Origin: Candidatus Eiseniibacteriota bacterium
GTDB lineage: Bacteria > Orphanbacterota > Orphanbacteria > Orphanbacterales > Orphanbacteraceae
NCBI GenBank assembly: GCA_029262235.1
Contig: JAJCZU010000008.1
Coordinates: 266,381 to 330,380 of the forward strand
Direction of reading: 5' to 3'
DNA: 64,000 bases
Shown here: positions 28,908 to 37,544 of the stretch, piece after piece
Position numbering within the stretch: position 1 is the first letter of the stretch
How the letters are laid out: each line of letters starts with the position of its first letter
Program-made: the position numbers and the translations under genes
Notes under the pieces: model-generated
What the model saw: the letters and a program-made list of their open reading frames with translations, nothing else
Told to the model about the DNA's origin: nothing
Databases searched by the model: none

Positions 28908-29521
28908 TTCCCCGTGCCGGCGTGATTGGGTTTCGAGATCCGGCTCGCCATCTCGATGAACTGTCCATGGATCGCTGTGCAGTCGCTCAGCTCCGGATGA
29001 AACGTCGCGGCGAGAATGTTCCCGTGCCGCACGAGAACAGGATCGTTTTCGTACGTGAGCAGCGTTTCCACTTCGGGCCCGGTTCGCGTAATGCGCGGGG
29101 CGCGAATGAAGACGAGATCGAACGTTTCCCCCGCGAAAGTCGCCTGCGCTTCGAACGACTCGACCTGGCGCCCGTAGGAGTTGCGTTCGACATCGACGGG
29201 CAGCAGCCCGAAACTGCGCTGCGGCGGATTCGTGACATTCTCCGCCAGCAGAATAACACCCATGCACGTGGCGAGCACCGGGCGCCCGGACTGCACGAAC
29301 GCGCGGAGCGCCTCTTCGAACACGAACGCGTCGATGAGCTTCAGAAGCGTGGTCGACTCGCCACCCGGAAGCACGAGCGCGTCGACCTCGTTCAGCTGCG
29401 CCGGCAGCCGCACTTCGGTCGTGTCGGCTCCGAGCCTGCGGAGCAGTCGTCCGTGCGCATCGTACGCGCCCTGGAGCGCGAGCAGGCCGATGCGTGGCGA
29501 ACCGGCCGTACTACCAGCCAC
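28904..29521 (-). CDS. pdxT: PLP synthase glutaminase subunit
   Basis: [38 protein letters not shown]. Start uncertain. Confidence 0.95.
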   Translation of the reverse strand: MAGSTAGSPRIGLLALQGAYDAHGRLLRRLGADTTEVRLPAQLNEVDALVLPGGESTTLLKLIDAFVFEEALRAFVQSGRPVLATCMGVILLAENVTNPPQRSFGLLPVDVERNSYGRQVESFEAQATFAGETFDLVFIRAPRITRTGPEVETLLTYENDPVLVRHGNILAATFHPELSDCTAIHGQFIEMASRISKPNHAGTGK

Positions 29522-30395
29522 GTGTCTGCAGGAGCTCCGCTTCGGGAAGTTTCGCGACATCGATCCCGCGCATCGCCTGGCCGATTCCTTCGCTCACCTG
29601 CGCGAGAATCTCGGGATCACGGTAGTGCGTGGCGGCCTTCACGATCGCCTTCGCGCGCGCCGACGGATCCTCGGACTTGAAGATTCCCGAGCCCACGAAC
29701 ACGGCTTCGGCCCCGAGCTGCATCACGAGCGCCGCGTCGGCCGGCGTCGCGATTCCGCCCGCCGAAAAGTTCGGCACGGGAAGCTTGCCCTCCTTCGCGA
29801 CCATGCGCAGCAGTTCATAGGGCGCGCCGAGATCCTTCGCTTCCGTCATGAGCTCTTCGTCGCCGAGCATCGTAAGACGCTTTACGCCCGAAACGACGGC
29901 GCGAATGTGTCGCACCGCTTCCACGATATCGCCCGAGCCCGCCTCCCCCTTCGTGCGGATCATCGCCGCGCCTTCGCTGATGCGACGAAGCGCTTCGCCG
30001 AGATTCCGGCAGCCGCACACGAACGGCACCTTGAACGCGTGCTTGTCGATATGGAACTTCTCGTCGGCCGGCGTCAGCACTTCGCTTTCATCGATGAAGT
30101 CGACGTTCAGCGTTTCGAGAATCTGGGCCTCGACGAAGTGACCGATCCGCACTTTCGCCATCACGGGAATCGAAACCGCCTTCTGGATCGCGCGGATCAT
30201 GAGGGGGTCCGACATACGCGCTACGCCGCCGTCACGCCGAATGTCCGACGGCACCCGCTCGAGCGCCATCACGGCCGTCGCGCCCGCGTCTTCGGCGATC
30301 TTCGCCTGATCGGCGTCGGTCACATCCATGATCACGCCGCCCTTCAGCATCTCGGCCAACCCCGTCTTCAGTCGGAGCGTTCCTCTTTCGCTCAT
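29511..30395 (-). CDS. pdxS: PLP synthase lyase subunit
   Basis: [46 protein letters not shown]. Confidence 0.98.
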   Translation of the reverse strand: MSERGTLRLKTGLAEMLKGGVIMDVTDADQAKIAEDAGATAVMALERVPSDIRRDGGVARMSDPLMIRAIQKAVSIPVMAKVRIGHFVEAQILETLNVDFIDESEVLTPADEKFHIDKHAFKVPFVCGCRNLGEALRRISEGAAMIRTKGEAGSGDIVEAVRHIRAVVSGVKRLTMLGDEELMTEAKDLGAPYELLRMVAKEGKLPVPNFSAGGIATPADAALVMQLGAEAVFVGSGIFKSEDPSARAKAIVKAATHYRDPEILAQVSEGIGQAMRGIDVAKLPEAELLQTRGW

Positions 30396-30445
30396 TTCAT
30401 TCTCCTTGTGCGCGGGCCTGTTGGGGCCCCGCTTGTGGTTTCTGT

Positions 30446-32020
30446 CTAAAGTAAAACGTTCGAAGATTCGGTGCGGCGCGATCCCGCGTCCGCCGTTTGT
30501 CGTCTGGTGATCAGTTCGCCGATCGTGCGTATCCCCTGTTCGATGCGATCTTCCGGTTCTTTTGTAAACGAGAGCCGGAACGTGTTCGTTCCGGAGCCGT
30601 CGAGATGAAACAGTTCGCCCGGCGCGAAATTGACGCCGGCGCGGCGCGCCTCGATCAGAAGATCCACCGTGTTCATGGAAACGGGGAGTTCGATCCAGAG
30701 CGACATGCCGCCGTCCGGCTTCGTCCAGCGAACGTCAGACGGAAAAAAGCGCTCGATGGCGCTCAGCATGGCCTGCATGCGATTGTTGTTGATCGCGAGA
30801 ACGCGCTCCAGATGCTCGTCGAGAAGCCCGCGTTCGCAGAAGCGGTGAATCGCGACCTGGGCGAGGCGGCTCGGCGCGAGATCCGTGTACGTCCGGATCT
30901 TGCGGAACGGATCGCAGAACGCTTTCGGAACCGCAAGCCATCCGAGGCGGAGCCCCGGGAAGAGCATCTTCGAGAACGTGCCGAGGTAGAGCACGTGCTC
31001 GTGCCCTTTGAGCGCCTTGAACGACGCAACCGGCTCGCCGGTGTAACGGAGATCCGCGTCGAAATGATCTTCGAGCAGCGGGACGCCGTGGCGCACCGCG
31101 ACTTCGAGCACCTCTTTGCGCCGCGCGAGCGGCATCGTAATCCCGGTCGGATTCTGGAAGTTCGGCATCGAATAAATCAGTTTGGCGCTGCGGCGCGTCA
31201 GTTCGTCGTCGAGCAGGTCCGGACGCATGCCGTGCTCGTCCATCGCGATCGGGACGAGTTCCGTTTCGTAGAGCTGAAATACGCCGATCGCGTTGTGATA
31301 CGTCGGCGACTCCACCATGATGCGGTCACCGCGATCGAAGAGCAGCTTGCTGACGAGATCGAGGCCCTGCTGCGAACCGCCGAGTATGAAGATTTCGTCC
31401 TCGTTGATCGACGCCCCCTGCTCGCGAAGGCGGTTTGCGAGCCATGCCCGCAGAGGCGGGTACCCTTCGCGTGAGCCGTAATCGAGAATGCCCGGCCCCA
31501 TTTCGGCCATCGTTTCGTTCATGACCGCGCGGAAGTCTTCGAGGGGAAAGTGATCGGAGTCGGGCACGAGGCCGCCCAGTTCGATGCGCGGCACGTTGTC
31601 GGTAACGGAGAGCCGGGCGAGGGCGTCAGGTCCCGATCGCGTGCGGCGCGACAGCGTGTGCTCGATGCTTCCGCGATTCGCGCCGCGGGGTCGGTTCCGG
31701 CCGCGCCCTGTCGGGGCCGCTTCGCCGGTACGAACGCCCGCGCGGTCCGGACCGCCCATGATCCCACTCGGGCCACGGTCGCCGACATACGTACCGCTCC
31801 CGACGCGCGTTTGGACCGAGCCGCGGCGTTCGAGTTCGGAATAAGCCTGGGCGACGGTGTTACGGTTCACGCTAAGCAGAACCGCGAGCCGCCTGATCGA
31901 CGGCAGGCGCTCTCCCGCCCCGAGCTCGCCTTCACGCACGAGCGCGTCGATGCCGTCCGCGATCTGCTGATGGATCGGCCTGGTTTCCGATCGATCTATG
32001 ACAATGTTCTGCATGAGCAT
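30446..32020 (-). CDS. pdxR: MocR/PdxR-family regulator (GntR wHTH + aminotransferase-like PLP domain)
   Basis: LPSIR.LA..L.VNRNTV..AY; PNFQNPTG; [15 protein letters not shown]; directly upstream of pdxST. Confidence 0.85.
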   Translation of the reverse strand: MLMQNIVIDRSETRPIHQQIADGIDALVREGELGAGERLPSIRRLAVLLSVNRNTVAQAYSELERRGSVQTRVGSGTYVGDRGPSGIMGGPDRAGVRTGEAAPTGRGRNRPRGANRGSIEHTLSRRTRSGPDALARLSVTDNVPRIELGGLVPDSDHFPLEDFRAVMNETMAEMGPGILDYGSREGYPPLRAWLANRLREQGASINEDEIFILGGSQQGLDLVSKLLFDRGDRIMVESPTYHNAIGVFQLYETELVPIAMDEHGMRPDLLDDELTRRSAKLIYSMPNFQNPTGITMPLARRKEVLEVAVRHGVPLLEDHFDADLRYTGEPVASFKALKGHEHVLYLGTFSKMLFPGLRLGWLAVPKAFCDPFRKIRTYTDLAPSRLAQVAIHRFCERGLLDEHLERVLAINNNRMQAMLSAIERFFPSDVRWTKPDGGMSLWIELPVSMNTVDLLIEARRAGVNFAPGELFHLDGSGTNTFRLSFTKEPEDRIEQGIRTIGELITRRQTADAGSRRTESSNVLL

Positions 32021-32051
32021 GACACTTACCACCCCGGCTGTTGATCCACCT

Positions 32052-32104
32052 ATTATATCGGCAAGATTTCTTACAGACAATACGAATTGTCACAAAGTGT
32101 CCCA
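32052..32104 (-). promoter_or_regulatory. pdxR promoter with overlapping operator-like repeats
   Basis: TTGTCT-N17-TATAAT; inverted repeat GACAAT-ACGA-ATTGTC (32076-32091); direct repeat TGTCACA-N3-TGTCCCA. Confidence 0.65.
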
Positions 32105-32115
32105 TGACGGTGGTG

Positions 32116-32201
32116 AGTGGGGGTGGGTCCTGACGCGCCGGGACACCCCGATCTCGACGGGGCTCGATCGGGGCCCCGTCCGGCGCGCCACCCACCCCAC
32201 T
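32116..32201 (-). repeat. structured intergenic element A, copy 1
   Basis: Nested stems; homologous to 52784-52866. Strand inferred from a G-U versus A-C pair in copy 2. Confidence 0.75.
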
Positions 32202-32206
32202 TTTCG

Positions 32207-32290
32207 AGCGAGAAGAAGGGGGAAGGGAAAAGGGAATAGAAAGGAGATGGAGAGAAGAAAGAGGAGAAAGAGAATGGAGGGCCAAGGGGA
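32207..32290. repeat. homopurine (A/G) tract
   Basis: About 80 nt almost entirely A/G; similar tracts at 2712-2775, 2890-2935 and 52905-52995. Confidence 0.85.
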
Positions 32291-32304
32291 GCCGGAACTG
32301 CATG

Positions 32305-32540
32305 GGAACAGAAAGAGAGGACAGGATCGGGGCGTCTGGGGACTGACACGCTCCCCGGGCACGACTCCTGACTCGCCTCCAGGGTGCCGGTCCGGAAGTC
32401 GGCGAGGAATACGGGACGGCGAGTGAGGCGCGAGGAGTTGTTCTCCGTATCCCGCTCGGCCTCCGTACTTGGCCATTTGGCCAGGTCGAGCGGGTCGAGG
32501 AGAACAACGACCTCGCGCCTCTCCACCATACGTCCCTCTC
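32305..32540 (+). ncRNA. putative multi-branched structured RNA containing element B copy 2 (32425-32521)
   Basis: Closing stem GAGAGGAC/GTCCCTCTC encloses three hairpin domains; G-U pairs favour the + strand. Expression unknown. Confidence 0.45.
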
Positions 32541-32584
32541 CGCTTCCGGAGCCGAACGCCCGACTCTGGGGTATGCTAGCCAGA

Positions 32585-33634
32585 ATGAGTGCTGCCCGTA
32601 CCATTATTACCGTTCTGTGCATGGTCGCCGGATTCGCCGCGACGTTGTCGCTGATCCCGTTCGAGGCGTGGCCGGTCGAGCTTGCGGCAAGCTTCCGCCT
32701 GCAGATCGCCGTGGTCGCAACGCTGGCGGCTGCGCTGGCGCTCGGCCTGCGGGCCCGCGCGCCGGCCATGATCGCGGGAGCCGCGGCCCTGATCTGCTGG
32801 GCTTCTGTCCTTCCGTTTGCCGTCCCCGGGCCGAAGGACGATACGGCGGAGGCGTTTGGGCGGGAGGCCTCTTCATTCCGCGTTCTGACGATCAACCTCG
32901 AATGGTCGAATCGAAATGCAAATGCCGTGCTCGGCGCGGTGCGCGAGGCGAACCCGGACATCCTCGTCCTTCAGGAAGTGGACAACTGGTGGCGCGAGCA
33001 GTTCGGCGCGCTCACGGACATCTTTCCGATGCAGCGATTCGATCCCCTTTCGCGCCGGCCGGGAGTCGCGGTTCTTCTCGGGAAGAAGATCGAACTCCGC
33101 GACGAGGCGTGGCTGCCGCTTCACGGACGCCCGTATGCCGATTTCGTGCTCGCGGTCGCGCGGGAAGGCGGCTCCGGATCGGAGGGTGGCCTCGAATCGC
33201 CCGGCTCGACAATGGCGCCCGCGTTTCGCCTTACGGCGCTGCATGCGCTCCCGCCACGGTCGGCCCTGCTTTATCGCGCGCGGAAACGCCAGCTCGACGA
33301 CGTGCGCGGGCATCTGCTCGCGCACGCAACGACGGAACCGCAGCTCGTGGTCGGCGACTTCAACACGACGATCTGGTCCCCTTCCTATAGAAAATTCACG
33401 CGTGAACTGCATCTCGAACGGGCTCGCCTCGGCTACGGTCTCGTGCCCACATGGCCTACATGGAATACGTTGCTTCAAGTGCCGATTGACCATATTCTGC
33501 ACTCGCCAGGTTTCGTCGCGACCAATACGAGATCGATCACGATCCCGGGCAGCGACCATCACGGCCTCCTCGCCGACGTGCGACTGAAAGCGCACGCACA
33601 CGGGGACGAGCCTGCACCGGCGAAGGATTCATGA
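32585..33634 (+). CDS. membrane-anchored endonuclease/exonuclease/phosphatase family protein
   Basis: N-terminal TM helices; LT.N, DI..LQEV, VGDFN, IDHIL, GSDH. Confidence 0.9.
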   Translation: MSAARTIITVLCMVAGFAATLSLIPFEAWPVELAASFRLQIAVVATLAAALALGLRARAPAMIAGAAALICWASVLPFAVPGPKDDTAEAFGREASSFRVLTINLEWSNRNANAVLGAVREANPDILVLQEVDNWWREQFGALTDIFPMQRFDPLSRRPGVAVLLGKKIELRDEAWLPLHGRPYADFVLAVAREGGSGSEGGLESPGSTMAPAFRLTALHALPPRSALLYRARKRQLDDVRGHLLAHATTEPQLVVGDFNTTIWSPSYRKFTRELHLERARLGYGLVPTWPTWNTLLQVPIDHILHSPGFVATNTRSITIPGSDHHGLLADVRLKAHAHGDEPAPAKDS

Positions 33635-35484
33635 GCAATTCGTCTTCCACAACCTGGCTCCAGCGCCTCTTTCTTCTCCTGTTCGGCATCGGGCTGATCG
33701 CGCTCGTCGAAGTGGCGCTCCGTCTCGTCGGCATCGGCGGGGCAAGCACGCTCTTCGTCACGATGAAAGCCCCCGACGGCAACACCTGGTGGGTCACGAA
33801 CGACAAGCTGAACGAACGGCTCTTCTTTCCCGCGACCGACGCCGATAGCGATTTCCCGCGCCCGCAGGTTCCGTTCGCGCAGTTCGCGCGGGAAAAACCG
33901 GCGGGGACATTCCGGGCGTTCGTCGTGGGGGCTTCGTCTTCGGTCGGCTTCCCGTTCTCGCCGAACGTTTCGTTCGCAGGCTACCTGCGCGAAATGATGG
34001 CCGTGGGGAGCGAGGGCGACGTGGAGGTCATCAACACGTCGATGACGGCGATCAGCTCGTATCAGGTCGGGCAGTGGGTGCGCGAGATCGTCGGCCGCTA
34101 CGACCCCGATCTCGTCATCGTCTACTCCGGACACAACGAACTGTACGGCGTGCTCGGCGCGGGCTCGGCGATGTCGGTCGGCTCGAATCGCTTCATGACG
34201 AATCTGTTTCTCGAAATGCAGGGAACGGCGCTCTACTCACTGGTCGCGAAATCGCTCGAACGCTTCAATCGTTCCGCAACGGAAAGCGACGGCCCGAAGG
34301 GGCAGCCGCTCGAGGCGCTCACGCAGAACCGCGAAGTGCGCCCGTATTCGGAACTGTACGATTCCGTTGTCGAGAACTACCGGAAGAATCTGGAAGGGAT
34401 GGTGGGCGCGGCGAAGAAAAAGGGCGTGCCGATCTTTCTCTGTACGACGGCCGCGAACCGCGCGGGTTGCAGCCCGATGGTGCCGCTGCACGACGTTTCG
34501 TTCGACGCGGAAAACGAGCGCGAATGGGACCTGCGGCTGCGCCAGGGCGACACGAAGCGGAAGACGGGCGACGCGGCCGGTGCGCGCGCGGAGTACGAGA
34601 AGGCGCGCGCGATCGACAGCACGCATGCGGCGCTCTCGTTCCGCTTCGGCATGCTCGCGCTCGAAGCGGGCGACGTGGACGCGGCCGGGCACGAGTTCGC
34701 GCGGGCGCTGCTCTACGACGGGCTGCAGCTGCGCGCGAACGACCGGCTCGTCGGTACCGTGCGCGAAGTGGCGGGCAGCGTGGCCGGCGCACGCGGCGCG
34801 GGCGACGGCGTCTCTCTCGTCGACTGCGTGGACAGGCTCGACCGCGAGTCCGAGGCCGGCGTCGTAGGAACCGACCTCATCTTCGAGCACGTGCATCCGA
34901 ACGCGCGCGGTCACTATTTCATCGCCTGCGAGATCTACGAAACACTGATCGAGCAGGGCTTTCCGTTCACGCGTGACGGACTGCTGTCGTTTGAGGAAGC
35001 CTCGGCGCGCACGGGCTATTCGGAAGTCGACGGCGCGTACGCCAACGGTTTCATGCGCTTCATGCTGAGGCAATGGCCGTTCGAGGGGACGTTCGAAAAC
35101 AGTCGCGCCGTGACGCGTACGGAAGAAGCGTTCCGCGAGTCGCGCGATGCGCTCGATCCGATCGCGCGCGAAACGTACGACTCCCACCCCATGGGCGCAA
35201 CGGTGCTGCATCTGCATCACCGGCTCGGCCTGGCGTATCTGGAGGCGGGCAGGCCCGGCGACGCGGCGGGCGAGTTCGAACTGATCGCACGGATGCTGCC
35301 CAATCTGGCTGACGTGCAGGTGATGCGGGCGAAATCGCTCGCGCTTGCGGGGCGCGAACAGGTGGCGATCGCGAATCTCGAAACGGCGCTCGCCCGCGGC
35401 TCGATCACGAAGGGCGAGCTCGGCGCGCACCCTCAGTGGGCTTCGTTCGCCTCGTCTCCCGCCTGGAACAGGCTGATCGACTGA
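33631..35484 (+). CDS. membrane-anchored SGNH/GDSL-like hydrolase with TPR-like repeats
   Basis: VGASS..GFP, EVIN, YSGHNE..G, EHVHPN..GH; ATGA overlap with the EEP gene. Confidence 0.8.
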   Translation: MSNSSSTTWLQRLFLLLFGIGLIALVEVALRLVGIGGASTLFVTMKAPDGNTWWVTNDKLNERLFFPATDADSDFPRPQVPFAQFAREKPAGTFRAFVVGASSSVGFPFSPNVSFAGYLREMMAVGSEGDVEVINTSMTAISSYQVGQWVREIVGRYDPDLVIVYSGHNELYGVLGAGSAMSVGSNRFMTNLFLEMQGTALYSLVAKSLERFNRSATESDGPKGQPLEALTQNREVRPYSELYDSVVENYRKNLEGMVGAAKKKGVPIFLCTTAANRAGCSPMVPLHDVSFDAENEREWDLRLRQGDTKRKTGDAAGARAEYEKARAIDSTHAALSFRFGMLALEAGDVDAAGHEFARALLYDGLQLRANDRLVGTVREVAGSVAGARGAGDGVSLVDCVDRLDRESEAGVVGTDLIFEHVHPNARGHYFIACEIYETLIEQGFPFTRDGLLSFEEASARTGYSEVDGAYANGFMRFMLRQWPFEGTFENSRAVTRTEEAFRESRDALDPIARETYDSHPMGATVLHLHHRLGLAYLEAGRPGDAAGEFELIARMLPNLADVQVMRAKSLALAGREQVAIANLETALARGSITKGELGAHPQWASFASSPAWNRLID

Positions 35485-36488
35485 GCGAGCCGGATCCCCT
35501 TCTTCGCCATGGTCGTGAGGGGGAGCGCCGCGATCCTTTCGCGCGCGATCCACTCCCAGTTCTTCCGGCCGCGCGTGCTCGCTTCGGTTCGCGACGAATA
35601 CACCGTCACCTCATATCGCTTGTTCAAGATGGAGTGCTTGAAACTTCCCAGCGACTCGGGTTCGCTCGATCGCGCGGGCAGTTCGTCGAGAAGATCGAGC
35701 ATGCCCGCCATGCGCCCGCTGTCGGGGCGGCGCCGCATGAGCAGGCGCCCGGCCTTGTCGCTCAGCACGTAGAGAGTGCGTTCGGCCGCGATCGGCTTCT
35801 CCTTCACACGAGGCGTCGGCAGCTCGCCCACGCGTCCGCTCGCGAGCGCGCCGCACTTCGCGCGCACGGGGCACCCGGAACAGCCGGGGGAAACGGGCGT
35901 GCAGATCATCGCGCCCCATTCCATCATCGCCTGGTTAAAGTCACCCGGGCGCTGCTGCGAAACGAGCCGGCCCGCGATCTCCCAGAACTGCTTCTTGTCT
36001 TTCGTCGAAGTCCAGGCCCCTTCCACTTCGAAGAAGCGCGCGACCACACGAAACACGTTGCCGTCGAGAATCGGCGCCGGAATCCCGAACGCGATCGAAC
36101 GGATCGCGCCTGCCGTGTACGCGCCGATGCCGGGAAGCGCGAGCAGCTCGCTTTCGTCCGACGGAACGACACCGCCGTGACGCTCCATGACCGCTTCGGC
36201 ACCGGCTTTCAGGTGCCGCGCGCGCCGGTAATACCCGAGCCCCGACCATTGCGCGAGCACGTCGTCGATCGGCGCCTCGGCCAGGCTTCTGACGTCCGGA
36301 AACTCGGAAAGAAACCGCTTGTAGTGCTCGATGACAGCCGCCACGCGCGTCTGCTGCAGCATGATTTCCGAAACCCACACGCAGTACGGGTCGTTCGTCT
36401 CCCGCCACGGGAGATCACGCTTGTTCGCGTCGTACCAGCGCAGCAGTGCGCGCCGTAGATACGCCGTGTGTTTCGGTTGCGTGGGCAT
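35433..36488 (-). CDS. mutY: A/G-specific adenine glycosylase
   Basis: RDLPWR, VSEIMLQQT.V, GLGYY.RAR, LPGIG.YTA, DGNV.RV, C-x6-C-x2-C-x5-C. Confidence 0.96.
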   Translation of the reverse strand: MPTQPKHTAYLRRALLRWYDANKRDLPWRETNDPYCVWVSEIMLQQTRVAAVIEHYKRFLSEFPDVRSLAEAPIDDVLAQWSGLGYYRRARHLKAGAEAVMERHGGVVPSDESELLALPGIGAYTAGAIRSIAFGIPAPILDGNVFRVVARFFEVEGAWTSTKDKKQFWEIAGRLVSQQRPGDFNQAMMEWGAMICTPVSPGCSGCPVRAKCGALASGRVGELPTPRVKEKPIAAERTLYVLSDKAGRLLMRRRPDSGRMAGMLDLLDELPARSSEPESLGSFKHSILNKRYEVTVYSSRTEASTRGRKNWEWIARERIAALPLTTMAKKGIRLAQSISLFQAGDEANEAH

Positions 36489-36494
36489 GTTCCG

Positions 36495-36524
36495 AGCGTA
36501 GGGGGCGTCCGTTCGTGATGTCAA
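36495..36524 (-). promoter_or_regulatory. sigma70 promoter of mutY, probably leaderless
   Basis: TTGACA-N18-TACGCT, then 6 nt, then ATG. Confidence 0.6.
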
Positions 36525-36560
36525 CCGAGGGCGCGCCCCGCGGTCGAGCGAAAGAAATCG

Positions 36561-36921
36561 TGCTCGGGGACTCCGGGACTGGCGGGAAGCGGCGCTTGAT
36601 TACGAGGCAGCATAGGGAGCGCTTTGGCGGCTCCGTGAGTTCGTGATATTGTTTTGTATCACGAACTATGACCGCGCTGCCAGAAAATTTGTTCGGGGTT
36701 CTGGTCTGGCAACGGCCGGCTCGGATTCGCGCAGAGGTAGGGCCGAACCGAGCCCAGCCGATAAACTCAGCAGAAAACTGGCGGCGTCTTGGCCATGGCC
36801 CGAAATCCGGGGGCCACCTCTGACTCCGGCTCGAACGCGGCGCCCCCCCGTCCAAGGCGCATTCCAAGAAAGGGGTACCGGCAGCGGTCAACCCAAAGCT
36901 TCCGACTTCGCGCCCCGAGCA
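36561..36921. ncRNA. putative large structured non-coding element
   Basis: Three nested long-range pairings plus internal hairpins; no convincing ORF; no family recognised. Confidence 0.35.
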
Positions 36922-36989
36922 ACAAGAAAGTCTTCCCCGGGGGTCACGGTTTTGTCGGGAGGAGGAGTGCCGTGGGCTAGGCTCGGTGC

Positions 36990-37544
36990 TCATCTAAAGA
37001 GACTCTTGATGTCCGTCCAAGAGGATGGCGCCGATTCGGTGCTGCCGGCGACGACAACGAGAGCGCCAAACTCGTTCGTCACGGATCCATCCTCGAATAC
37101 CTGATCGACCCACGTTGCATCATTAATTGTCAACTCAATTTGTCCAGTCGCAATCGCCCTGTATCGAGCTGTGGCAGCAAGCAGCTGACTAGGAAAGTCG
37201 CCAGCACCACCGATGCCGAGACACAACGAATCATGTGATGGGCCCGACGGAAATGTTGTCTCAGGGTGAAAGGTCACATCCAAAAACTCAAGCCCGTCAT
37301 TGGACTCGCAAAGATACAGATTCCACGTAAAGAGGTTCTCGGACCACGTAAACCAAGCATCCACCGATATGGTGTCATATAGAGAGACGTAGACGGTGTC
37401 GGGGGGGCCAAGAAATCCGTTCAAGTCCAAATCGACCGGACCAGCACCCGCCTTACCTACCACGCAACTAGAAGCAATCAGCCAGGCGAGCGCATACGGT
37501 GCCCAGACACTGGCATTACCGGAGCAATGTAATCTTACTAGCAT
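36990..37544 (-). CDS. secreted protein with cohesin-like beta-sandwich and C-terminal SWxxIKxLFR tail
   Basis: AAGGAGG SD; signal peptide ending AGA; C-terminus TESAPSSWTDIKSLFR. Confidence 0.75.
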   Translation of the reverse strand: MLVRLHCSGNASVWAPYALAWLIASSCVVGKAGAGPVDLDLNGFLGPPDTVYVSLYDTISVDAWFTWSENLFTWNLYLCESNDGLEFLDVTFHPETTFPSGPSHDSLCLGIGGAGDFPSQLLAATARYRAIATGQIELTINDATWVDQVFEDGSVTNEFGALVVVAGSTESAPSSWTDIKSLFR

